A stretch of 58,265 nt of DNA, the filler included, from Sphacelaria rigidula (Eukaryota): assembly GCA_964200075.2 (NCBI GenBank). It is 5 parts of 5 records of this genome, joined end to end, with 100 filler letters (N's around TTAATTAATTAA, not from the genome) between each part and the next. Parts side by side here need not be neighbours in the genome. Positions count along the whole stretch, not along the records: positions 23,349 to 34,921 come from CAXNAA020004762.1; positions 35,022 to 46,593 come from CAXNAA020004763.1; 3 more parts are not named here. One strand, 5' to 3'. Positions 25,804 through 38,411 of this stretch are shown here, in pieces. The position numbers were made by a program, and so were the translations under genes. Below the pieces are notes generated by a model, which was not told the DNA's origin, did not search any database, and saw only the letters and a list, made by a program, of their open reading frames with translations. Numbering within the stretch: the stretch's first letter is position 1; every line of letters starts with the position of its first letter.

Positions 25804-26231
25804 TACAGCCCAGCGGCTGACCTGACCTACGGTAGAATTGCTCAGCACCGGACTTTGACAAAGGGTTAGCTGAATGCTCACATCCGGACTTGGACTCCAA
25901 AGCTACAGGGAAACGGAAACGGATGTGACTGTTTAACATATTGTTTGGGCGTCCTAGCAAAACACTCTAAGGGTTGAGCAGTAACCTGAGGTCAAAATTT
26001 GGAGGTTAATGAGACCCAAAAGATACAGCCCAGCAGCTGATCTAACCTATCGAGCTGACGAAACATCACAAAGTAGACACATCCTCGATATATACCGTCA
26101 TGATCTCGGGTTAGCAAAGCACTCACATCCGGAGTCGAAATCCGAACATATCGGGAAACGGAAACGGATGTGATTGTTCAAGAGACTGTTCCAGCGTCCT
26201 AGTAAAACGCTGTACGGTTGAGCAGTAGCCC
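25804..26231. repeat. Two diverged tandem units (~220-245-bp period) with a conserved hairpin
   Basis: TACAGCCCAGC.GCTGA, TCACATCCGGA, GGGAAACGGAAACGGATGTGA, GCGTCCTAG.AAAAC and GGTTGAGCAGTA.CC occur in both units. Confidence 0.85.
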
Positions 26232-26410
26232 GTCACAATTCGGAGATCAAGGAGAGTCACAAGAGAAAAAAACAAAAACAACGTTAGAACAATGCAGACA
26301 TGAACGAAAAAAAAATCGACATGTCAACGGTGACTGGAGTGCAACTTCCCAAGGAAGATAATCTCTCAGCAATCGGAGTAGTGCTGATCATTTCGACGAT
26401 GGGTAGACAA

Positions 26411-27195
26411 GAAAGCACGATGCTCACACGCCGAAAACATCGTATGCACCGCTTTGTTACTGACACGAGGACGTTGTACTATTCAGGTGTCAGCGGAACC
26501 GAAGGTATCCCAGACCCCAGACATGAAAAACCCAGGCGCCCATGGACCGATCAGTGTCCCAGTGCCCAGGTATGTAGGAACAGCAGATGCATCCAGCACC
26601 AAAATGCAACGCATCTCGTGGATCATCACATGGGACACACGTCTATGCCACAAAATGATACGAAGCAAATAACATGTCGATGTTTCACCAAAGAGCACAA
26701 TGCTCGCAAGATAAACATCAAACCCACCGCTTTGGTACTAACGCGAGGACTTTGTCCTATACGCCGGTGTCAGTGGAACCGAGGGTATCCCAGAACCCGG
26801 GCAGAAATACCTCAAGCGCCCGTGGACCGGGTTCCCAGTGCCTAGTCAGGTATACCTAACTGATGCAGCCTGCACCAAAGTACAAAAAGCACCCCATAAA
26901 AAATGTGTCACTTATGATGCATCCATTTGACACAATACAAGAAGCAAAGGCCATTCCGACGGTGTTTGGCCAAAAGAGCACAATGCTCCCGGGTGAAGAA
27001 AAAAAAGAACATATATGTATCTGCAACACCGCCTTGTTACTAACCCGAGACTTCACCCTACTCAGGTATCCGCGGAACCCAAGGCATCCCAGAACCGGGG
27101 CAGGAATAACCCAGGCGCGCGTGGACCGATCAGTGTCCCAGTGCCCAGTCATGCATACCAGCAGATGCAACTAGCACTCAAGTGCAAATATATCT
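26411..27195. repeat. Three diverged tandem units (~280-bp period)
   Basis: AGCAC.ATGCTC at 26414, 26694, 26977; each followed by CACCGC.TTG.TACT, GGAACC.A.GG.ATCCCAGA, TGGACCG..CCCAGTGCC and GATGCA. Confidence 0.88.
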
Positions 27196-29699
27196 GATGG
27201 AATCATGTCACATATGACAGCTACATGACAAAAAAACAAGTTGGAGGGATTGGAATCACGGGTGGCCACTGGGGTCTGTAACCTGGCCATTTTGGGACCT
27301 TATCCACCTTTGGCAAGGTCCGCGGGTTGGGTAGACAACTGAGGAGCATTCGCACAGCATGGACAGGATCGAAACAAAACATGTTCCAGTATATAGGCGG
27401 GTGAGGGTTAGGAACTCACGTGTTGCATAGCGTCATGTTATATCTACAAGCAGCTCTCTTACTCAGTACAGCCGCGGCGCAGCTATAGGAGCAGAGCGTA
27501 GTGATGGCCCAGAGTTGACCACGGCAAAGCCAGTAACTGATCGAGGTGGGTGCTGGCCGCGGCCGGACAATCCTTACTAATGACAGTATCAAACGCAGTA
27601 ACAACGCATCACGGAATCCCGGGTCTACGAGCAGACCCGTACATTGTGATATCTTACTGCCATCAAGCTTCATCACACTAGCCCATCCTAGACGAGTCCT
27701 TATGCAGTTGAATCATCATCACCTCGGCAAAATATAATTGCGCCGAGGAACTCCAAAATTCAACGAGAAAGGGCTCTTCTACACTACAGCCGTACAAAAA
27801 CATAAAGCGAAGGAAAAGTCATGACTCTCCCACACCTCTTAACGGCGAGCATTGCTGCGACCCAACACATCAAACGTTCAATTCACAAGAGGGAAACCGT
27901 TGTATCCACGTGACACTCACGACCCATGTTGAACAAGACAACACACACGCAAGTCCATCTACAGAGTAAAGCACTAAATGGTACGCATGCGTAGACTTCA
28001 TTTACCAACGGGACAAAAAGGGAATGCCAGGCAATCCAGGAAGAGGGGAGGGAAAACACAATGTGGCACAGCATCGCGGCAACTGCTCCGGTCGGACGCA
28101 GATCCAAATGAGCTCCACGTCTTTGTCCGACTCCGTCCCGACACATCCGTCGCACATAGCGAGAGTGGCACACCGCTCGTTTCCGTGGCAGGGCTTTTGA
28201 AGTATCAAACCTGCCTTGAAAAAGGCGTGCAGCGTGAAGTACGATGCGATGGGGGAGGCCTACGCAGCAAGAGGGAGATAAAAGCGTGGATGCAGCCGAA
28301 GTTCAGATTTGGTGTGCCCGAAGTGCGAAAATCAAAGTCCTGCGGGAGTGGGCACGAGCCCATCCAAGACGACACTCAGGGTAAAAAGCCAAGGGTCGTT
28401 AGCGAGAAGTTTTCGTTCAGCGCGGCGGATCAACTGTCGCGTGTTATAAGCAAAAACTTGATGTCGATTAAAAAGAAACAATTCGTCAGGATGCAATACT
28501 CAACTCAAAGCAATCGTCCGGCGGAAATACGGCCTACAAAAAGGGCGGTATGATTCGTCATTCCCGGGGGAACACTGGACCACGAGAAACGGAACGATAC
28601 AAGAGAAAACACCCGTGTCGCCAGCTGACCAGGCTGCGCCACGGGATAGGGGTAGAACAAACAAACGAACACATCCAGATGAATTGTCGAAATGCAGTAA
28701 CTCACTTCAACCTGAAACAGTCGTCGGGCATAAATACCGCCTACCACAAGGGCGTTATCATTATTAGCAGTACACGGTGTAACCAAGGACCCGTGCAACA
28801 AGACGATGTAAGGGAATACTTTCGTGCGGGGAGCTCTCTTGGCTGGCGGCAGGAGGTTGAGCAGTGACAACAACAAACACATCCAGAGAACGAGTCATCA
28901 AAATTCCAAATATGCGGGAGGCTGGAATAAATCTACAGTCCTCTTATCGTCGAGAAACCTCGAAGACAAACAGAAGAACACTGGATGCTCAGGGGACACG
29001 GACAGAGATGCGACAGCGACAAGAAATGTGACTACGGGTACTAGAAACGCAGGCAACAAGAAGGCGAACTCAGCACAATGAAACACGACACCAAGTGCTT
29101 TTGTCTGTCGTGAGTGTCCCGGACCTAGTGACTACGTTAAGCTATGATTCCTCGAGTGAGGTGCCACCGCAAGGATTACCTTGGTGTGTCCCACTCGGGG
29201 GTATAGTACATTCTCGTCAGATGCGTGTCATAGTCGGCTCCGAACATTGTTTCGGTCATTGCTTTAGTGAGTTTTGATTGGGATGATAGTCTGAGTTCCC
29301 GATGTGCGAAATCAGGGAGGGCGTTTATCATGTGTAGTCTCAGTCATCAGTTTTGGGGGGTGATATTGTTCCGAGAGTGCAGGAAGAGGGTACAGAAAAT
29401 GGAGAACCATATACCCGTTTCTGGAATGCTGTCCTTTGAAGGTACAAAACAAGGTGCAGGACGGCTGCACGTTGAAGGGATGATCGCCTTGATTAGGGAA
29501 CAAACAGATCGGCAGCTGCGCCCGTCGTTTTACTTCTCCACCCTGGGTCCGTGGGTGCTTTCTCTCCATTTGTGCTGCTACGCTGGGTGTCATCGGGAAA
29601 GATAAAGCCAAACTACTTTGTTCTGAGTGACTACCGGCTCGGCAGTAGGTGCTGAGCGAGTCATCCTTCACGTATCGATCACACAGTCAGTGCCCTTTG

Positions 29700-30272
29700 G
29701 ACCAGCATGCCTGAAGCTTCAAACAAAGCAGACGAGGAAGGGCACCTGAGGATATACGGCGGGTTGAGAGAGTGGGTGGGGACGAAAGCATACTTGTATG
29801 GCCCAAAGGGCTCCGCAGGAAAGTTGAGACTGCGATTTTGGGTGAGGGGCCGGAACGTGCCGGAAAGAAGGAGATATACCAGTAGCCAAGTAGGGGAGGA
29901 AGTAGATGCACCGAGTTTCCCCTGCAGTGAAGGAATAGAGAGTGGGGCTCAGTAATATGGCAGAATGTGAACTATACAAGGAGGAACGGGACGTGCCAGA
30001 TGGGGGAATGGGGGAAGTGAACGAAGGTGGCATGGGATCGTTTGGTGCATCTATCAGTAGGAAGGAAACGATAGCTATACTATAAGATCGATGGTGGCCA
30101 CAGAGAACGAAACAGGATAGGGATAAGATGACAAATCAAACGTTGCCGTGAAATATATGGAAGAAGACTCGTGAGTACCCAGATGTTGTGAGTGTCTCCA
30201 CCAGAAACAGGAACGGTGCTCCGTCTTGAAAGAGATGGGTAGCCAACGGCCACACGACTAGAGCAAGCAACA
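29700..30272 (+). mobile_element. Degenerate 3' end of a non-LTR retrotransposon (LINE) ORF2
   Basis: HLRIYGGLREWVGTKAYLYGP...KLRLRF...PERRRYTSS...PCSEGIES, then ECELYKEERDV and DRWWPQ across stops and frameshifts; degenerate Cys/His knuckle region; resembles a LINE C-terminus I recall as abundant in brown algae (not search-verified). Confidence 0.65.
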
Positions 30273-33200
30273 CATGAACACGCCCCCTCCCCGCCCCCCT
30301 CCCTCCTCCGCGCCATTGCGGCGGCCAGCCAGCTCCATTGTGTAACGAGAAACTTCTACTACACTCGTAATACGTCGCTTCTCGCAGCCCTAGGGCGGCC
30401 CGCAGAACATGATCATTGGCGTTTTATCGACGAAGGCGGGTTCATCTGACCTTTATCAGTTCAAGACCTTTGCTGGACTTTTGCACATAACGTGTTTGAA
30501 GCATTCGCTCGAAACTCACACGCGACGCGAGTTTAGTGCCAACGGTGCCTAAGTAGTCCCACTTTGGATAGCGTTGACATGAAAACAGGAACCTCCCGAG
30601 CTACGTAGCCTATTCAATACGCAAGACATGCACGTGATGCAGAAACTATGAGAAAGCCGGCGGAGACGGTTTGACAGGGCCCCACCCATGCCGTGAAGCG
30701 AACAGAGGGACGCCAGTTGGGCGAGCTTCCCTACAAAAAACGGGATGTAAAAGCGGCTTTGACCTTACGTTTCAGTAGTGAGCAGGCTGTATCCATCACA
30801 ATGACTGCACAGTCCCATAAAGGAATTGTACGTGCTTTCGAAGACGGAGAAGGGCCCTGTCTGCATGATAAGTCAAACTTTGAATAGCACATGGATGACG
30901 TGAACGCATGACACAAGACGGTACACGGCAAAAAGTACAGCCTACTAGGCCCAGAGAGTCCACGTTCTCCAAAACGAATTGAGATACACGCAGGATTCTC
31001 CACACTCATCATTATTTCTTTCAGTAGCTAGCCGCTTCGACCGCGCGGTCTACACGCAACAGCTTGCACATATCTGACAATATTTTATCTCAGCCCAAAC
31101 AGAGCCTACCGAAGCAGCTCAACAGGCGCTCTGTAGGGCACGCACGCCATATTTACACACGAAGTGTCTATCTGTGCTTATTTAACATACCCTTGCCGTA
31201 AATTGATAATCGAGCGCGGAGCTTAGCGCTCCATCCGTAAACGGTATCGCACTTCCTATTGAGGGCTCGGCACAAGTTCGGACTCAAATGGAGGTTGCTA
31301 GCAAGTGCTATTCAATTATGCAACGGTGATTGCTGAGTCTTTTCCACCGTAAGTTATTCGATATCGCGTCTCGGCGGAGAATAGTTTACGGTCCTCATCA
31401 AACGTCGGTACAGGGTGTTGGCGGTTTCCAAGAGGCATCGATCCATTGCCAATATATGGGCTGTATTGGATGGAATCAAGTTGGGGTTTGTTTCAAAGTG
31501 GTGGGTCGACCAGAGTAAGGCTGTGGTTTTTCCATGGTCTACACACTTTCACAGATATCGCCAACCCTAACCTCAACGAAAGGCATACCGGGAACCGTCG
31601 GGCAAGGGAGATGCATATAGTTGCCCTGGCGAGATGTGGCGTTTGTAGACCTCGGATGGGCGCCACAAGCGCCCATTTGTACGAAAGCGTCTTCAGCAAA
31701 CACTAGGGGCACAGGGGAATGTCAAGTCTAACTGGAGATATTTTTCTCGTTGCTCGCACTCGAATCAAGTCATAACAACTACGTCGTATACATATATACA
31801 ACACGTATGTAGATTGTAGGCTACCTCCGGTTGAATCTACTGGTTGAAAGGCGTCGTCAAAGATCCGCTATACACATTGCCCGGTGAAAACAGAACGCTC
31901 GATCGAGTTCGTTGACTAGTGTGTTCCAAATACTGCAGTAGTGCTCGCAATTGACTCATTTACCTGCGAAGTGGACGCATACGATGAACGTGTAGAGGTG
32001 ACGTTTTCAGAAGACGTGTGCACGTATTAGATAGCACGCACGTTATGGTTGACGGATTGATGATAGCTGGTGGTCCGATACCTCTCCTATCGAAAAGAAA
32101 AAGAAAGTTCGCGCGAAAAAAGGCGGAGAAAAGAGTTTCGTTTCGTGTGGGTGCAATCCCGTAGAAAGCAAGACCCCGAGAAAGAAAGAAATCGCTTCTG
32201 TTAATAGGCAATTATGGTGCTGTCGGAAATGAATACCGAGGTAGCTGCGAGCGTCCCGGCAAAGCACTTGCGAGCGTCTCGGAAAGAAGCGCCTTGGTTT
32301 CGGCGAGGGTTGCTGAAAATCACTGTCGAGCAAAAGGTGTTGCGAATGACGCCTGTGGTCTGATCTCGAAACAAACCTCGCGCGGAAAAGTGGAGAGTTC
32401 AGTATCTGAAGTTCGCTGGAGGCTTGGCAAAGCGCGAACGCGAGGAACACGATCTTGTGGTGATGCTGTTGAACCGACCTAGCTTGAGCTTGGTGATGAT
32501 GCGGTTGATTCCGACGTCCGTGATCGAAGATCTCTCCAAGAACTTGGATGTCCGGGGGAAGAACTGCAGTGTTTGACACCATGGATGCGATGTGCCGATC
32601 CGCAGCATAACGAGCTGCACGCAGACACGGTTGCTCTATGCACTGCTTGTACGAGGCTCATAACCTATCGGTATAGCGGAGTGTGTACCGCAATGCGAAG
32701 TGGTCTATCTGTCGACTCGAAAAGAGACGCACACGGGCTATTGTTCGTACCGACAATGATGAAACGTTTCGACCCCCTGTCCCTTCGGCCTCCGCGGCCG
32801 CCCTGTGCGGCCTCAGCGCGGAGTCTATCAAGGCGTCTCGTTGTAGCTTTCGTACGCCCCCAACTGTCGTCCGTCCGCTTCTCGGGGCACCTTTGCTTCG
32901 TCATCAGCATCCTCTTCCTCATCCTGGTTCGGCTACTCAAATATCGAGTGACGTGATTCACCTTTGCTTGGACCAAGTAACTTGGCTCGGCTATTCCGCC
33001 ATCAAGCGCCGTGTTTCACCCGTGCTCCGTTCAAGAAACTACCGCTGAAACACGACTCCACGGGTCTCCCACGGCGGGAGGTGCGTTTCGTACATCTCTA
33101 CTATCGCTGCTTGAGTGCGCTGGTTGAGCGTCCTCGCCCGGGAAATTAACTCCTCGAGAGTGAAGTCAGCAGATATCTGTTCCGCTTTGATGGGCCTGGA

Positions 33201-33363
33201 GGGGAGCATAATCAGCTGTTTTGGTGCCGAACGAGGGACACATTGTCCCGAAACGAAGTATGCACCAAACAACTACAGCAACTAGAGACTTTCCGCGATA
33301 TCATCGTCCTCTCCCCTCAAAAAAACGTTGCTGGTTTGGAAACGTAAAATCAACACGTAAATC

Positions 33364-33525
33364 GAAATGAAAAAGGCAGAGTACAACTCGCAGCTGCGAA
33401 TTTTCACGCTTTGGTGCGTTTTCGCCAATGTCGCCCATATGAAGTTTTCATGCAGCCTTAAACCAAACACCAGGCGCTGTATGACTATTTTCTTCGAGAC
33501 AGTTCGAGGCTGGTTCTGGGGGTGT
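33364..33525 (+). repeat. Dispersed repeat shared with 5225-5400
   Basis: Same conserved blocks as 5225-5400. Confidence 0.7.
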
Positions 33526-34921
33526 ACTCATGATCATGCATGCCATAGTGGGGGGCGGGCGGGGGGGTGGATACCGTAGAAAGAGTCACTGGCTTCATAT
33601 AGTGTGTCTGAAACATTCTTTAGTTGTGTTTATCGTCCACAAAATTATTTTTCATTATAATTATGACTAAGTTGTTCACATCTTCTTGTCCCTGAACCGT
33701 GGCTATACTGTCAATCTTGACTTCAGCCCCTGTTGTAGACACGGCCACGTTTATCCGTAGCTTCCTGTATGGGCTCGATCTCGGGCGAAAAAATGGCGGA
33801 CCATGCTTTTCTCTCTGGGGTATGGGGATCTTCTATGATAACCTTGTCAAGCAGATTTCTTTACTTTGAAACAAGTGATAATATTTTTCTATGCAGTTAT
33901 CTTGACCGATCGTTCGATGTATGGGTCTCAATGGCCAGGTTAAAAACGAAAACCTGATATATACGATCTAGGTCAAAATATTTTCTTTGTTTTCAAAATA
34001 ACTCGTCATGCTCAGAGAGTTTCAGCCGTCGAAACTACTTCATTCGCGCTCATTTTGGTCGGAGTGCGTTAAACGAATCTCAATTATAGAGGGTTTTGAG
34101 AACGCGCGGCTTTCCGTCAGCGCAATGTTTGTCAGTGGACATATAGTGAAGTTGACAGTTTGAGAAACGTTTTGCATCTTCATACAACAAATGCGAATCT
34201 CAATATGCCAAAACAACAAATGAAACCTTTAGAGAGTATCGACGCTATCATATGGAAGCTGAAAAAACTTCCGCTGCCGCCAAAACCTTCCTTTCCGAAG
34301 CTCTCCCCTTTGCAGCAAGATGTTGGTTGGTTCTAACTGTTGAGCGACCGCCGTAACAATGCCAAGTATACCATGTTTTTTCTCGACAGGTTTAGCTTGT
34401 TGTAGTATCGTGAAAGATCGAGTAATTTCGGCTACAAACAGGTACGGACCACTGCGGGCACGCCCGGGTTTTATCAAATAAGCACGAAACGTACGCCAAC
34501 AACTCACGGTGTTAACCTTTCACTCCTGAACCCAAGCACGGATCATTTGCGTTGATCGCACGAGTAGAGGTCCACGATATTGTACGATATGAATACGAGG
34601 TGAAGTTTCGGAAACCCATTAGTTGTTGTGAGCTTAATACTTCAAGGTGTTTGTCTTTTCGCATGTTTGGTTGATCGGTTGCCTCACATAGAATGATCTC
34701 CGAGGAATCCGGGCGTGGTCACAAGGTGGACGTTTTCAGGGTAGAGGAAACGGAGAAACTCGTGAGGGGAAGTTAAACAAATGAAAAGACGAAGATTTCA
34801 ACGCATGGAAGTACAAACGGAGTGAAGAGAACGACAACGAGGCGCAAATAAAACAGAAAAAGAAGGACAAGGAAGAGCCATCCTACGATAGGGGGGGGGG
34901 TATTTTGGGGCATTTGTTGCT

Positions 34922-35021
34922 NNNNNNNNNNNNNNNNNNNNNNNNNNNNNNNNNNNNNNNNNNNNTTAATTAATTAANNNNNNNNNNNNNNNNNNNNNNN
35001 NNNNNNNNNNNNNNNNNNNNN
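34922..35021. other. Artificial contig linker
   Basis: Same N44-TTAATTAATTAA-N44 structure. Confidence 0.98.
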
Positions 35022-35128
35022 ACGGTCAGCCTTCTTTCTTTCGTGGTGGCTACGGGTAGCCGTGGGGTTAGAAGTTCGTATTTGCTTTTACTGATGGATA
35101 TTGGAGAATATCGGGGTCATTTTCGATT

Positions 35129-35132
35129 CTTA

Positions 35133-35164
<32 letters not shown>

Positions 35165-35165
35165 T
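35129..35165. repeat. (TTA)n microsatellite
   Basis: Direct. Confidence 0.9.
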
Positions 35166-35746
35166 CAGGACATTGGTTTGATCTCGCAAACTCGTGGTCA
35201 CACACTGAAATCCTTATCGGTTTTCACACTCAAATCAAGTCGAAAAACTCCGGGAAAGTCCCATCCGACCAAGTGGTCACGTCCGTTAATTGGCTCTAAA
35301 AGCACGAGGAAGCCACCAACTAGAAATACACCCGGTGCCAAGCGCCCAGACGTGATGGGCTCGTCCATCACGATTACTTTTCAGAGCGCTGTACCGACAC
35401 AGGATATTTGGGACGGTACTCCGTCCAGGGCATCTGCGTGTTTCTCCGTTGGTGGGAAAACAAACGATAGATGGAAAAAAGAGAGGCAAAACTGACTATG
35501 ATTATGATACCACAATCCACACAGTATGCGCATGCTGTCAGACGTTCTACTGCCGAGTGCGCTTGTCACGCGGTGTTGCTGCTCCATGGCCATCATTTTC
35601 TTTAGTTGGGGCCACTGAACGCTCTGGATATCACATAAAACTTCTCTCACTCAGAGGAATCTTGCCCCCCTACGAGTGTGGTTGCGCCAAAATACCAATA
35701 CCACGCTGCCTCCTTCCCCTTGCAACTGACGATTCTGCCACACCAG

Positions 35747-35866
35747 TTCATGAAGAAGCTCATGGCGGAGGTTCCAGAGACTCAAGTCAGCCCAGCACCA
35801 CAAGACGCTCTCATAGCAACGAAAAGGGCGGTGGAGGAGCTGGAGGCCGTAGCGGCCGGCGATTAG
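35747..35866 (+). CDS. Probable terminal coding exon of an unidentified gene whose upstream exons were not found
   Basis: Pyrimidine tract, CTGAC branch site and CAG acceptor, then FMKKLMAEVPETQVSPAPQDALIATKRAVEELEAVAAGD-stop with GC-rich codon usage. Confidence 0.5.
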   Translation, partial: FMKKLMAEVPETQVSPAPQDALIATKRAVEELEAVAAGD

Positions 35867-38038
35867 ATGGTTTCTTTATGCGGCATTGCTAATTAGTTCT
35901 TCCTCGGGTTTTTCGTACAGCATGGATATGTGTGTGACGTTGGTTCAGACTTCGTTGTGCTTGTGCCTATTTTTTGTCTGTAAAATTTCGAAAACGATGG
36001 TGAAACGTTACTCAGGTAGGTGTGATGTGCAGGGTAGAATATAAGCTCGATATACATGCGAAATATTGTGCGTAAGTACCGGTTTTAAACTCGTGTGTGA
36101 TTTCCGGGATGTTGACGAGTTGTCCAGGGAAAACATAACTTGTTGCTGATTTTTGTAAGAACGTCGCCGTTGTTCGTGCGACATATATATGCAGTGTGGC
36201 GCACGTCCAAGTCGCTCGGACGTGAACGAAGAAACGTATTCAAGGGATGAAGTGAGTGGCTTGTCATGGTACAAAATATAGTAGACGCGCTGCCACGAAG
36301 AAGGCAACGGTGCGCGCGGAAATCCCAGTTTTGCTGCATTGCAGCGTTATTATTGGAAGCGTATGCGGTGCTCACCATGGAAGTTAATCTGCTGCGACGT
36401 ACATGTAGAACTCTTCTTTGGGTATACAGTAGACACATGAACGTCGATTTAACAAGCGAGCCGAAAATGGACAACGCCGAAAAACATGTTTGTCGCGATT
36501 AAAAAGGGTAGAAAGAGGAGGTGTACGTTTGGGTTGGCGAATACAACGAGGGTGGTACCTACACCACACTGGGCGCATCCGAAGATCAATTCGGTCAATC
36601 AGTACATGAATTCTTTTAGTTCCGAAATACACCTCCACCAGGCCCAACATGCTTTCTGTGGTAGTTTGTCACTGAGGCCTTGATATCCCCGAGTAGGATA
36701 TCGACGCGTAGCTGTAAGCACACGCCAATGATGGAGGCAAAGAAAGGCAGACACGGAATAAAAAAATGGCCGAGTTGGAGCGAATGATCAAAACCACTCT
36801 CAATCTCACGGAAACATTGTTTTCAGTAGCACCAACCCCTCGCTTCTGTTTTTGCGCTTGGGCACACTAAGCATGTGTACACACTACAGGGTTGCTCCTC
36901 TTGTGTGCCAGCAATAGCCGTCACCCGAAGCAAAATACTGTCACATGGCTACGACTGTGCACGTATCTCCATCGGCATATGTGACGGCCCCCACTGTACA
37001 CTCCTGTTCTCATCAACTCAAAACCCTAATGCTCAATATATATTCAATTATATGCACATGCATTGCCTATGGAATACCATCCTCAAACGCAAGTCCAAGC
37101 CGAAGCGGCTGCAATTCCTCAAACATGGTACAACTAATTGTTCGTCGCTGACACATGACGACAGAACCTAAATTGAAGAACACAACGTATCTGCGTTCAA
37201 AAGACATGCACTCGGCGACCTATGGTGCCAGGGGAGTTTTGTTGCCCAGATTACGGGGTCACGCATGCCCCGTTGACGATTTCTCGGGGCCCTCTCAGCC
37301 TTCACGTTCGACATCCCCGCGAGGAACAACGAGAACAGAAAGATGGCGTATGTTCTCGAATTATTACGGCGGTTGATCGTTGCCTACGCGCAGTGAGAGC
37401 ACACTGCATGTCGCAAGTCAAAACAAGAATGAAAGCACCACAAGGGGCGCATCGAACGGCAGTATTTCAACCCTTACACGGCTTGAGTAGGTAATCTGTT
37501 GAATCGGCATCGATTTCCCTCAACAGAAGTGTGCATACTCCAGATTAACTACCCTCCTCGCCGTGCAAGCGTAAAGCCACCACTTGTCGATGTCATATTT
37601 TCTCGGCCACAAGCTCTTGAGCACTATACTGGCCATCTTCTACACCCCCATCGACTGAAACCAAAAAGCATTCGACATACCAACACCAGATAGATGTCGC
37701 CTTGCACTTCAATCAGAAAGGGCATACGCTAACCTTACTTTGCCTACCCTGCAATCACTCAACAGGCAACACTCCTCGACGAAACAACGCGCATGATGAA
37801 CAGCAATGACTGCACGTTTCCTCTTACATGAGTCCCCCGCCCCCTCCCCTGACATGTATAATCCCAACTCTGTTGTGCAACAGAAGCGATTAACTATCGA
37901 TAGCAGGCACCAGCAACACGCTGGCTCACTCAACTCTCATCCATCCCGATAATGGCAAACGACGAAACGTGTTAGGCCTGATGAAACACAGCACATGCAC
38001 CACGTCCGCACAAGCATGAGCTCGAAACCTAGGCGCGT

Positions 38039-38377
38039 TTACTTGGGAAGGTCCCACGTTGTGGTTCCCGTTGCCTTGTTCCAGTAGTAGGTGTCACCAC
38101 TGGATTTGTCCGTTACGGCCTGCCAACCAGGAGGCAAAGCTGGCGAAGCTGGGGCGGGTGTGGGCGCCGGAGCGGCGGGCGCCGGGGTAGGGGCAGGCGA
38201 AGGGGTCGGGGCCGGGGCTGGCGTGGCCGCAGGAGTTGGTGCAGCGTACACGCCGTAGGGCACAAGCGACGGTTGTTGCCGTTGCTGTTGCGTGGGAGTT
38301 TGTTGCTTCGGGGGTTGTTGTCCATAGGATCTCGGCTGCTGCTGCGGCTGCTGGGATTGCTGTTGCTGCTGAGATTG

Positions 38378-38411
<34 letters not shown>

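Noticed and set aside
25804-27195. CRISPR-like repeat-spacer array
   Set aside because: Units are 220-280 bp and diverged, there are no cas genes, and the context is a eukaryotic retroelement
37978-37990. CTGATGA hammerhead core motif (also near 1076, 24730, 49779, 56150)
   Set aside because: No flanking stems with a correctly placed GAAA could be built by eye
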